Assembly: GCA_963665775.2 (NCBI GenBank)
Contig: CAXXTF010000002.1
Span: 1,056,001 to 1,120,000, forward strand
Length of the DNA stretch: 64,000 nt
Direction of reading: 5' to 3'
Source of the DNA: Dehalococcoidia bacterium
GTDB lineage: Bacteria; Chloroflexota; Dehalococcoidia; SM23-28-2; RBG-16-64-32
Position 1 is the stretch's first letter, and each line of letters opens with the position of its first letter. Made by a program: the position numbers and the translations under genes. This document shows positions 37,232-45,576 of the stretch, in pieces. The notes under the pieces were generated by a model. That model was not told the DNA's origin. It saw only the letters and a program-made list of their open reading frames with translations, and made no database searches.

Positions 37232-37933
37232 CTACCTTACAAGCAGTATCCGCTCGCAGCTGACGCACTGGACCACTCCCAGACCAGCCCTCGCCTTCTG
37301 CAATATGGACATAGGAAGCGTTATCCGGCACCCCCGGCACATCCCCCGCTCGACGATGGCCACCGCCTGACCACTTCGCCTCTTCCTCAGCAACTGATAC
37401 ATGCTGTGCGCAGCCCTCTCGATCCCCTCCGATCGCTTGGTCTGTCTCTCCCGGAGCCGCTCTAGCTCGGGCTCGATCCGGCCTTTTTCGATCTCCATCT
37501 CCTGCTGGCCAGCGCGCCAGCGAACCTCCAGCTGAGAGAAGGCTGAGTCCACCTCCTTCAGCTGCGCCGCCGCCTCCTCTATCTCCACCAGTACAGCCAG
37601 GAGCACATCCTCCTGCTTGGCGATCTGTCCCTGGAGCGATGTGAGATCGGCCTGCAAGTCCGCCAACTCCTTGGGGTTCCCTATGCTCCCGCCGTAGAGC
37701 TTCTTCTCGACCGCCGAGGCCTTGCCGCGGATCTCATCCACCCCATACTCCAGATCCTTTTGGCGTGAGCGAAGCTCCGCGACAGCCTGCCGCTTCCCTT
37801 CCACCTCCCGTCTGGCCTCTACGAGCTCCTCGCTCTCGCCCAGTTGCTCCTCGATCTCTGCCAACCGCGACATAGCCCCATCCAGAGCAAGATCGATCTC
37901 TTGCAGGGCATATAAATCAGTGGCTACCGTCAA
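37232..37933 (-). CDS. Coiled-coil plus C4 zinc-ribbon protein (zf-RING_7/DUF164)
   Basis: LYALQEID start, long coiled coil, CRGC...CVSCERIL. Confidence 0.9.
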   Translation of the reverse strand: MTVATDLYALQEIDLALDGAMSRLAEIEEQLGESEELVEARREVEGKRQAVAELRSRQKDLEYGVDEIRGKASAVEKKLYGGSIGNPKELADLQADLTSLQGQIAKQEDVLLAVLVEIEEAAAQLKEVDSAFSQLEVRWRAGQQEMEIEKGRIEPELERLRERQTKRSEGIERAAHSMYQLLRKRRSGQAVAIVERGMCRGCRITLPMSILQKARAGLGVVQCVSCERILLVR

Positions 37934-38087
37934 AATAAGAGCACCGGTCTGGCTTTACGCCTGTCAGGGGATGGACAGTGTTTGCAGCGGGATTATAGAC
38001 TCAGAGCGAGAGTTTTTGCAAGATGGTCGGCCATAGCGAAATGCCCAGTCTGCCCTAACCACAACGCTAATTCTCAACATTACCGCC

Positions 38088-38615
38088 ATGCTTATTCCCG
38101 TAGCCCAACTACTGCAGCAGGGCGTTGGAACGGTCACCACGATCGACCTCCAGGAGCCCTCCCTTACCGTGGAGGACACGATCCTCCGCGACTTGACCGG
38201 CGTGGCGACCCTCTTGCGCACCAACCGCGGGCTCCTGGTTTCGCTCCACATGGAGGCCACGGTCCACGAGAGGTGCTCCCGCTGCCTGATAGAAGTCAGC
38301 TGGCCCGTCAATATCGATCTCCAAGAAGAGTACATTCCGATGATAGATGCCCTGACCGGGGCGCGCGTGCGCCTGGACGAACCGGGCGACCTGTTCCGCA
38401 TCGGGGCGGACTTCGTTCTAGACTTGCGTGAAGGGGTACGGCAGTACACACTTATATCGGAAGCGGCCAAGCCATTGTGCAAGCCTGACTGCGCTGGGCT
38501 CTGTCCGGACTGCGGCGCGGACAGGAACGAGGGAGCTTGCGATTGCTCGCCACAAGTGGACGAACGCTGGCAAAGGCTGTCCGACTTCTCCACCACCGAT
38601 AAAGAAGGGAGCTAG
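38088..38615 (+). CDS. DUF177/YceD family protein
   Basis: CSRCL and KPLCKPDCAGLCPDCG motifs; precedes rpmF. Confidence 0.92.
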   Translation: MLIPVAQLLQQGVGTVTTIDLQEPSLTVEDTILRDLTGVATLLRTNRGLLVSLHMEATVHERCSRCLIEVSWPVNIDLQEEYIPMIDALTGARVRLDEPGDLFRIGADFVLDLREGVRQYTLISEAAKPLCKPDCAGLCPDCGADRNEGACDCSPQVDERWQRLSDFSTTDKEGS

Positions 38616-38618
38616 CTA

Positions 38619-38828
38619 GTGGGAGCCCAGCCCAAAAAGAAAATCTCTCTGTCACGCAAGCGGCGCCGTCGCGCACACCTTTCGGCAACCGTTTCTGCCC
38701 TGGTAATCTGCCCTCAATGCCGCAGCCCCAGGCCATCCCACCACGCCTGCCCAACCTGCGGCACATACCGCGGGCGCAGTGTCCTCGCCGTGGGTGGCCA
38801 ATCCCAGGGCCCGGCCGGCGGCGCCTAA
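38619..38828 (+). CDS. rpmF: 50S ribosomal protein L32
   Basis: AQPKKKISLSRKRRRRAH, CPQC...HHACPTCGTYRGR. Confidence 0.95.
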   Translation: MGAQPKKKISLSRKRRRRAHLSATVSALVICPQCRSPRPSHHACPTCGTYRGRSVLAVGGQSQGPAGGA

Positions 38829-38875
38829 CGTCGCCCTTCTCCACCTAGCCCAGCCCATGCTATACTTCGGCTGCC

Positions 38876-39070
38876 ATGCGACGAGCCGTCCTTCTACTAC
38901 TTCCCCTTAGCCTCCTGCTGGCAGCCATGGCCACCGTCGCCTACTTTGTCTGGTGGGACGCTAACCATTGCACTTTGTGCCGCGCCCGCGTGGACGAAAA
39001 CGGGCGCTGTCCGAACCCGGACTGTCACCTGAACCGCCCCGCGGGACAGCCGGAAGCCCAGGGGGCTTAA
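38876..39070 (+). CDS. Small membrane protein with a Cys cluster
   Basis: TM helix followed by HCTLC...CPNPDC; extended -10 TGCTATACT 9 nt upstream of ATG. Confidence 0.6.
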   Translation: MRRAVLLLLPLSLLLAAMATVAYFVWWDANHCTLCRARVDENGRCPNPDCHLNRPAGQPEAQGA

Positions 39071-39080
39071 GCGGCGTCAC

Positions 39081-40061
39081 ATGATCTCTCCTTCAGACCT
39101 ACCAAGCCAGATTCTAGGGAAGCTTCACCACAAGCCCCTGGAAGGAACCCTGGCCCTCGTGTTCCCCGGCCAAGGATCGCAGCAGGTAGGCATGGGAGCC
39201 GAGCTCTACCGGGAATCCGCCGCGGCCCGGAAGGTGTACCAGGAAGCGGAGACCATCCTGGAGTTCGAACTGAGCCATCTCTGCTTCCAGGGCCCTGAGG
39301 AGGAGTTGCAGCAGACCGTTAACGCCCAGCCCGCTATCCTGGTTACTTCCCTGGCCTGCCTCGCGGCAGCGCTGGACACAGGCGCCATCGGACAGCGGCC
39401 GGCGTTCGTAGCCGGTCACAGTTTGGGCGAGTACACGGCCCTTGTGGCCGCCGGCGCGCTCACCTTCGAGGACGGCCTTCGATTGGTGGGCCGGCGCGGC
39501 CGGATCATGCAGGAGGCCGGACAGGCCCAGCCGGGCACGATGGCTGCCCTCCTTGGCTTGAGTGACGAGACAGTCGCCGATGTCTGCCGCCTCTCTGGGG
39601 CCGAGCCCTGCAACTACAACTCGCCCGGTCAAGTCGTGGTCGGCGGCGACCCGTCGGCGGTGGCGAAGGCATCTGACCTCGCCAAAGAGCGTGGCGGGCG
39701 GGCCACCCCCCTCAACGTCTCCGCCGCTTTCCACACCTCGCTGATGAAATCCGCCGCCGGCAAGTTCAGCCGAGCCGTTCAGGACACCCCAATCTCTGAT
39801 CCAGTCATACCGGTGCTGGGCAACGCTAGCGGCCACCCCCTGACCCGCGCGGAGGAGGTCAAAGGTGAACTGCGACAACAGATGACCAGCCCCGTCCTCT
39901 GGCACCAATCCGTAGCAGAAATGGCGCGGGCCGGCGTCAACACGTTCATCGAAGTAGGACCCGGCCGTGTCCTGAGCGCTCTCCTGAAGCGGATAGCGCC
40001 CGAGGCAGCAGCCATCTCCATCGACGGACCGACGGCCATAGCCAGCCTTAGCGATGTTTGA
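39081..40061 (+). CDS. fabD: Malonyl-CoA:ACP transacylase
   Basis: FPGQGSQ, AGHSLGEY, VSAAFH, EVGPG. Confidence 0.96.
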   Translation: MISPSDLPSQILGKLHHKPLEGTLALVFPGQGSQQVGMGAELYRESAAARKVYQEAETILEFELSHLCFQGPEEELQQTVNAQPAILVTSLACLAAALDTGAIGQRPAFVAGHSLGEYTALVAAGALTFEDGLRLVGRRGRIMQEAGQAQPGTMAALLGLSDETVADVCRLSGAEPCNYNSPGQVVVGGDPSAVAKASDLAKERGGRATPLNVSAAFHTSLMKSAAGKFSRAVQDTPISDPVIPVLGNASGHPLTRAEEVKGELRQQMTSPVLWHQSVAEMARAGVNTFIEVGPGRVLSALLKRIAPEAAAISIDGPTAIASLSDV

Positions 40062-40800
40062 CCTCGCAGGCCGATCTGCCTTAGTTACCGGAGCCTCCCG
40101 TGGCCTTGGTCGCGCTATTGCCGTTCACCTTGCCCGCGCCGGCGCCGCCGTCGCCATCAACTACCGCCAGAGCGAGGCTCAGGCCAGGGACGTTCAGGCG
40201 GAGATAGAATCAGTCGGTGGCCGGGCCATCACCGTTCAGGGAGACGTGAGCGTCCCAGAAGATGCGGAGCGCATCATTCAGACGGCCGGGGACGCCTTTG
40301 GCCATCTAGACATCCTGGTTAACAACGCGGGCTTCAACCGCGACACCCTGATCCTGCGTATGTCCCCGGAAGACTGGGACCAGGTGATGAATGTGAACCT
40401 GCGGGCGGTGTTTCTGTGCACCAAAGCCGCCCTGAGACCGATGCTCCACAATCGTTGGGGACGGATCATCAACATCGGCAGCATCGCGGGCCTGGCCGGC
40501 AACGCTGGCCAAGCAAACTATTCCGCTGCCAAGGCCGGGCTCATCGGCTTCACCAAGGCCGTGGCCCGGGAGGTGGGCTCCCGAAGCATCACGGCCAACC
40601 TTGTGGCGCCCGGCCTGGTCCGGACGGAGCTCACGAAGGACCTCTCGAAGCAGATAGTGAAGCAGGCGATGGAGCGAATCATCCTGGGCCGGCTGGGGAA
40701 GCCGGAAGACATCGCCGCCACGATAGTCTTTCTGGGGTCGGAAGAGGCCTCATACATCACGGGACAGGTGCTGGCCGTGGATGGCGGCCTGGGGATGTAG
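40054..40800 (+). CDS. fabG: 3-oxoacyl-ACP reductase
   Basis: TGASRGLG, LVNNAG, GNAGQANYSAAK, YITGQ. Confidence 0.95.
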   Translation: MFDLAGRSALVTGASRGLGRAIAVHLARAGAAVAINYRQSEAQARDVQAEIESVGGRAITVQGDVSVPEDAERIIQTAGDAFGHLDILVNNAGFNRDTLILRMSPEDWDQVMNVNLRAVFLCTKAALRPMLHNRWGRIINIGSIAGLAGNAGQANYSAAKAGLIGFTKAVAREVGSRSITANLVAPGLVRTELTKDLSKQIVKQAMERIILGRLGKPEDIAATIVFLGSEEASYITGQVLAVDGGLGM

Positions 40801-40803
40801 CCG

Positions 40804-41214
40804 ATGGTAAGCAGACGACGCAGGGCCCGAATCCTGGCCCTCCAGGCCCTGTTCGAGCTGGACACCGTGGGCCATCAGCCCGACCAGACTATAGCTAGCC
40901 TCCTAGATGAGACCCCCACGCCAAAGGATAGCGAAGAATTCGCGCGGGAGCTGGTGCAGGGCGTCCTCCAGAACCAGGAGCGGATCGACGCGGTGATCCG
41001 CAAGAAAGCGCCAGCCTGGCCCCTGGAACAGGTGGCAGCCATAGACCGAAACATCCTGAGGCTTGCCATATACGAAATCGTCATTGATAATAAGGTGCCG
41101 ATGCGTGCCGCCATAAATGAGGCTGTAGACCTAGCCAAGGAGTTTGGCGGCGAGACTTCCCCAAAGTTTGTTAACGGAGTATTGGGATCAGTTAGCCTTT
41201 CGGCAACGGGCTGA
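40804..41214 (+). CDS. nusB: Transcription antitermination factor NusB
   Basis: RRRARILALQALFE, DRNILRLA, AINEAVDLAKEFG, FVNGVL. Confidence 0.96.
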   Translation: MVSRRRRARILALQALFELDTVGHQPDQTIASLLDETPTPKDSEEFARELVQGVLQNQERIDAVIRKKAPAWPLEQVAAIDRNILRLAIYEIVIDNKVPMRAAINEAVDLAKEFGGETSPKFVNGVLGSVSLSATG

Positions 41215-41243
41215 CGAGAAGGCTAACGATAAGGAGGTGACTA

Positions 41244-41510
41244 GTGGCCACTGTCTTGGAACGGGTACGGAAGATTATCGCCGATCAACTCGGCGTTGAC
41301 GAGAAGGAGATCACCCCAGAGACATCGTTTGTCGATGACCTCAACGCTGACTCCTTGGACCTGGTGGAACTCATCATGTCGCTGGAGGAGGAGTTCAGCA
41401 AAGAGGGCAAAAGCATGGAGGTCTCTGACGAGGACGCCGAAAAGATGGCAACCGTGGGGGACGCGGTCAACTACATCGTCGAACACGGTATCGCCGAAGA
41501 CGAGTCCTAG
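41244..41510 (+). CDS. acpP: Acyl carrier protein
   Basis: [14 protein letters not shown]; strong SD AAGGAGGTGA. Confidence 0.96.
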   Translation: MATVLERVRKIIADQLGVDEKEITPETSFVDDLNADSLDLVELIMSLEEEFSKEGKSMEVSDEDAEKMATVGDAVNYIVEHGIAEDES

Positions 41511-41622
41511 CCTGGCGGCGGCGCGAGCCTTCAATATCCCTCCATTACCCAGCAGGCTTATATCCCTCACCCAGCGCGGGGGCTCCTCTTGCCCCACGCT
41601 TGTCATATAATGGAACTGAGAT

Positions 41623-42366
41623 ATGAACATTCTCGGCGTCGGCCCTCTGGAGATCCTCCTGGTCATGATCATCGCGGTCATCGTGGTGGGGCCGCAGCGT
41701 TTCCCAGAGATGGCTGTACAGGCGGCCCGCGCCCTCAAGTACCTGCGCACTTACGCCACCAGCGCGACCGCCCAGATGCGCGGCGAACTGGACGAGCTTT
41801 CAAGGGAGTATGCGGAGGTCCGCAAGGAGCTGCGAGAGCTTCGGCAGGTGGCTCAACAGGAGGTTGGCTCCATTACGGAGCAGCTCAACCAAGAGGTCTC
41901 CGCCGTTGCGGATACAGTTGACCAAGAAGTTTCCGCCGTCAGGGAGTCGGTTGACAAGGAGGTCTCCTCGGTTACGGAATCGGTTGGCACAGAGGTCTCC
42001 TCCGCCAAGGATGCCATGAACCGGGCCTTGCACGACAGCCAACCGATCATCGAGTCCAGCGGCGAGCCCCCTCCCCGAAAGCGACAAGCCGCCTCGTCAG
42101 GAGCGGCCTCCGCTGCGGACACAGACGGCGAGAAGCCTTCCCCGGCTATAGATAACAAGGAGCCGGCCTTGGCAGACGCTCAGCCGATCGTAGAGTCCAG
42201 CGCCGAATCCGCGCCCAAAAAGCGACGAGCCGCTTCGTCCGGGGCCGCCTCCGCTGCGGACACAGACGGCAAGAACCCAGCGTCGCCGGACGACCAGCCG
42301 ATCGTCGAGTCCGGGGCCAAACCGCCGCCCAAAAAGCGGCGGGCGCGGGGTCCAGCCGCATCCTGA
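41623..42366 (+). CDS. tatB: Twin-arginine translocase subunit TatB-like, with a repetitive C-terminus
   Basis: GVGPLEILLVMIIAVIVVGPQRFPE; upstream of tatC. Confidence 0.85.
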   Translation: MNILGVGPLEILLVMIIAVIVVGPQRFPEMAVQAARALKYLRTYATSATAQMRGELDELSREYAEVRKELRELRQVAQQEVGSITEQLNQEVSAVADTVDQEVSAVRESVDKEVSSVTESVGTEVSSAKDAMNRALHDSQPIIESSGEPPPRKRQAASSGAASAADTDGEKPSPAIDNKEPALADAQPIVESSAESAPKKRRAASSGAASAADTDGKNPASPDDQPIVESGAKPPPKKRRARGPAAS

Positions 42367-42402
42367 AAGAAGCCCCATGGTAAGCGCCCCTGAGCGATCA
42401 CG

Positions 42403-43173
42403 ATGAGCGTCTCCGCACCGTCCGAGCAAGCCCCGGGCGGCCCCCCCAGCGGCATCAGCGACAAGCAGCTGACCCTGATGGAGCATCTACAGGAGGCCCG
42501 CTTCCGGCTCTTCGTGTCCGCGGTCACCGTGGTCGTCGGGCTCGGCATCACCGCCTACTTCGGCAAGGACGTAATCGAATTCCTGAAGCAGCCGGCCGTG
42601 GACCGCAGCCCCGACTTCGAGCTTCAGTTCATCGAGCCTTTCGAGCTGTTCGTCACCTACTTCCGGGTGGCCCTCCTGGGAGGACTTATCTTCGGCATGC
42701 CGATGATTCTCTACCAGACCCTGCGCTTCGTCTCGCCCGGCCTCAGCGGCAACGAACGGCGCTGGGTGTACTTCACCGTGGTGGGATCATCGGGGCTATT
42801 CCTGGGCGGCGTGGCCTTCGCCTACTACATCGCCCTGCCGCCAGCCCTCGGTTTTTTACTGAACTTCGGCGGCGACCTGGCTGATCCAAACATCCGGATC
42901 GGCAGCTACATCGATTTCGTGACCAGGCTACTCTTCTGGACAGGCATCTCCTTCGAAACCCCCATTATAGTCATGTTCCTGTCCCGATTCGGCGTCGTCA
43001 GCCCCCGCCAGTTAATCCGCTGGTGGCGCCTGGCAATCGTTGCCGCCTTCATCGTCGCGGCCATCGTCACGCCCACGATAGACCCCGTAACCCAGTCCCT
43101 GATAGCCGGGCCTATCATCGTCCTCTACTTCCTGGGCATCGCCCTGGCCTACTTGGTGACCCGAAATCGATAA
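42403..43173 (+). CDS. tatC: Twin-arginine translocase subunit TatC
   Basis: LMEHLQEARFR, FVSPGL, FETP, AAIVTPTIDP. Confidence 0.95.
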   Translation: MSVSAPSEQAPGGPPSGISDKQLTLMEHLQEARFRLFVSAVTVVVGLGITAYFGKDVIEFLKQPAVDRSPDFELQFIEPFELFVTYFRVALLGGLIFGMPMILYQTLRFVSPGLSGNERRWVYFTVVGSSGLFLGGVAFAYYIALPPALGFLLNFGGDLADPNIRIGSYIDFVTRLLFWTGISFETPIIVMFLSRFGVVSPRQLIRWWRLAIVAAFIVAAIVTPTIDPVTQSLIAGPIIVLYFLGIALAYLVTRNR

Positions 43174-43248
43174 GGTGGAGAGCGGCTCCCACCAAAAGGA
43201 TGGGCCTCCAAACGGCAGGGGTGCCGCCACCTCCCGTAGACGCCGGAA

Positions 43249-43277
43249 TTGACCCTCTTCCACGCTCACGCTATCAT
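43249..43277 (+). promoter_or_regulatory. Promoter of udg (near-leaderless)
   Basis: TTGACC-N17-TATCAT, 9 nt before GTG 43287. Confidence 0.6.
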
Positions 43278-43286
43278 CGTCTCAAC

Positions 43287-43895
43287 GTGAGCGAGCTCCA
43301 AGAGCTGCACAAAACCATCGCTGTCTGTACCGACTGCGACCTCTGCCGCACCCGCACCCACGCCGTCCCTGGTGAAGGGGCCCCAGACGCCGAAGTCATG
43401 CTTGTGGGCGAGGCCCCGGGCTTCTACAAGGATCAGCAGGCCCGCCCCTTCATCGGCCCCGCCGGGCGCTTTCTAGACGCCCTTATTACGTCCGCCGGAC
43501 TGAAGAGGGAGCAGCTGTACATCGCCAACGTCATCAAGTGTCGCCCTCCCGATAACCGCGACCCCCTGCCGACGGAGATAGAGGCCTGTCGCAAGCACCT
43601 CCGGCGCCAGATCGAGCTGATCAAGCCCCGTCTGATAGTCACACTGGGCCGCTACTCCCTATCCTGGTTCTTCCCCCGCGAATCCATCGGGAAGGTGCAC
43701 GGGCGTCCCCGCACTAGGGACGGCATCTGCTTCCTCCCCATGTACCACCCCGCCGCGGCCCTCCACGCCGGCAACATGCGCAAGGTGATAGAGGAGGACT
43801 TCCGGAGAATACCGGAGGTGCTAGAGACCGCCCGGCAAGCCCAGCCGGTGGCAACGGCCCCTGAACCTGAGCCTGAACAGATGCGGCTTTTCTAG
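43287..43895 (+). CDS. Uracil-DNA glycosylase family 4
   Basis: CTDC, VGEAPG, PFIGPAG, NVIKCRPP, YHPAA; Fe-S cysteines present. Confidence 0.92.
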   Translation: MSELQELHKTIAVCTDCDLCRTRTHAVPGEGAPDAEVMLVGEAPGFYKDQQARPFIGPAGRFLDALITSAGLKREQLYIANVIKCRPPDNRDPLPTEIEACRKHLRRQIELIKPRLIVTLGRYSLSWFFPRESIGKVHGRPRTRDGICFLPMYHPAAALHAGNMRKVIEEDFRRIPEVLETARQAQPVATAPEPEPEQMRLF

Positions 43896-43901
43896 GTCAT
43901 C

Positions 43902-45569
43902 ATGGCTGAGAAGCTACGCGTCGTGCCCCTGGGCGGCCTGGGCGAGATCGGCAAGAACATGATGGTCATGGAGCTGGCCGATGACCTCATCGTGGTGGAC
44001 GCCGGCCTCATGTTCCCAAACACGGAGATGCTGGGGGTGGACCTGGTCATCCCCGATGTATCCTACATAGAGGAGCGCATCCATAAGCTACGCGGCATCG
44101 TCATCACTCACGGCCACGAAGATCATACCGGTGCCCTTCCTTACGTACTGCGGCGTCTGCGCCCGCCCGAGGGGAAACCGGTGCCCATTTATTGCACCCG
44201 CCTGGCTCACGGCCTTATCTCAGTCAAGCTGAAGGAACATAACCTCCTATCGGACGCGGATCTGCGCGTCGTAGGGGCCGGCGAACGGGTCCGGCTCGGT
44301 AACTTCAACGTGGAGTTCGTCCACATGACCCACAGCATCCCGGACTCGGCGGCCCTGGCCATCCAGACGCCGGTGGGCACCGTCTTTCACACCGGCGACT
44401 TCAAGCTGGACCACACACCCATCATGGGAAGGCCGCCGGACCTGTCCCGCATCGCGGAGATTGGGCGACAGGGCGTGCTGCTCCTCCTCTCGGACTCCAC
44501 GTACGCTGAGATTCCGGGCTATACCCCCTCGGAGCAGGTGGTGTCCGAGGCGTTGGACCGCATCATGGCCAACGCGCCGGGGCGCGTCATCGTGGCCACC
44601 TTCGCGTCCCTGATCGCCCGGGTCCAGCAGGTGATCGATGCCGCCACCCGGCACGACCGGCGCGTCTTCGTTACCGGCCGCAGCATGCTGAACAACGTAC
44701 AGATGGCCGTCGATCAGGGCTATCTGAACGCCCCAGACAATCTACTGGCCCCTCTAGAGAAGATGCGAGGCCTCCCACCAGAGCGCATCGCTATCGTCAC
44801 TACGGGCTCGCAGGGGGAACCCACGTCCGCTCTGGTGCGCATGGCCAACCACAACCACCGCTTCATAAAGATCCAGCCCGAGGACACCGTTGTCCTCTCG
44901 TCCTCCCCCATTCCCGGCAACGACCTGCTCATCAGTCACACTATCGATAACCTGTGCCGGATTGGGGCCAAGGTTCTGTACAGCCGAATCGCCGACGTGC
45001 ACGTCCGGGGCCACGCCGCCCAAGAGGAGCTCAAGCTGATGCTTAGCCTGGTTGGGCCACGCTACTTCGTGCCCGTTCACGGGGAATACCGTCATCTGGT
45101 GATGCACGCTGAGATCGCCCGCTCTATGGGCGTGCCCGAACAGAACGTATTCACTCTGGAGGATGGCGATATCCTGGAGGTGGACGGGCAGGGAGCGCAG
45201 GTTGTTGGCCGCGCCTCTTCTGATTTCGTGTACGTGGATGGCCTGGCCGTAGGGTTCGACCAGGTGATTCTGCGCGACCGGAAGCACCTGGCGGAGGACG
45301 GCGTCATCGTCGCCATCGTCACCATCGACAAGCACACCGGTAAACCAATCGGCCACCCCGACGTTGTATCTAGGGGATTTGTCGAAACGGAAATGTCTGA
45401 AAGCCTGATGGAAGGAGCCCGGGAGGCCATCATGGAAGCGTTATCTGGGGCCGAGCACGTCGCCGAGCGCAGCGATTTCAACGCGCGCGTCCGGGACGCC
45501 CTCTCCCGCTACCTCTACGATGAGACCCGGCGACGGCCCATGATTCTGCCCATGAGCGTGGAAGTCTAG
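43902..45569 (+). CDS. rnj: Ribonuclease J
   Basis: PLGGLGEIGKN, THGHEDH, HSIPDS, TGDFK, TGSQGEP, PVHGE. Confidence 0.96.
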   Translation: MAEKLRVVPLGGLGEIGKNMMVMELADDLIVVDAGLMFPNTEMLGVDLVIPDVSYIEERIHKLRGIVITHGHEDHTGALPYVLRRLRPPEGKPVPIYCTRLAHGLISVKLKEHNLLSDADLRVVGAGERVRLGNFNVEFVHMTHSIPDSAALAIQTPVGTVFHTGDFKLDHTPIMGRPPDLSRIAEIGRQGVLLLLSDSTYAEIPGYTPSEQVVSEALDRIMANAPGRVIVATFASLIARVQQVIDAATRHDRRVFVTGRSMLNNVQMAVDQGYLNAPDNLLAPLEKMRGLPPERIAIVTTGSQGEPTSALVRMANHNHRFIKIQPEDTVVLSSSPIPGNDLLISHTIDNLCRIGAKVLYSRIADVHVRGHAAQEELKLMLSLVGPRYFVPVHGEYRHLVMHAEIARSMGVPEQNVFTLEDGDILEVDGQGAQVVGRASSDFVYVDGLAVGFDQVILRDRKHLAEDGVIVAIVTIDKHTGKPIGHPDVVSRGFVETEMSESLMEGAREAIMEALSGAEHVAERSDFNARVRDALSRYLYDETRRRPMILPMSVEV

Positions 45570-45576
45570 TCCAGCG

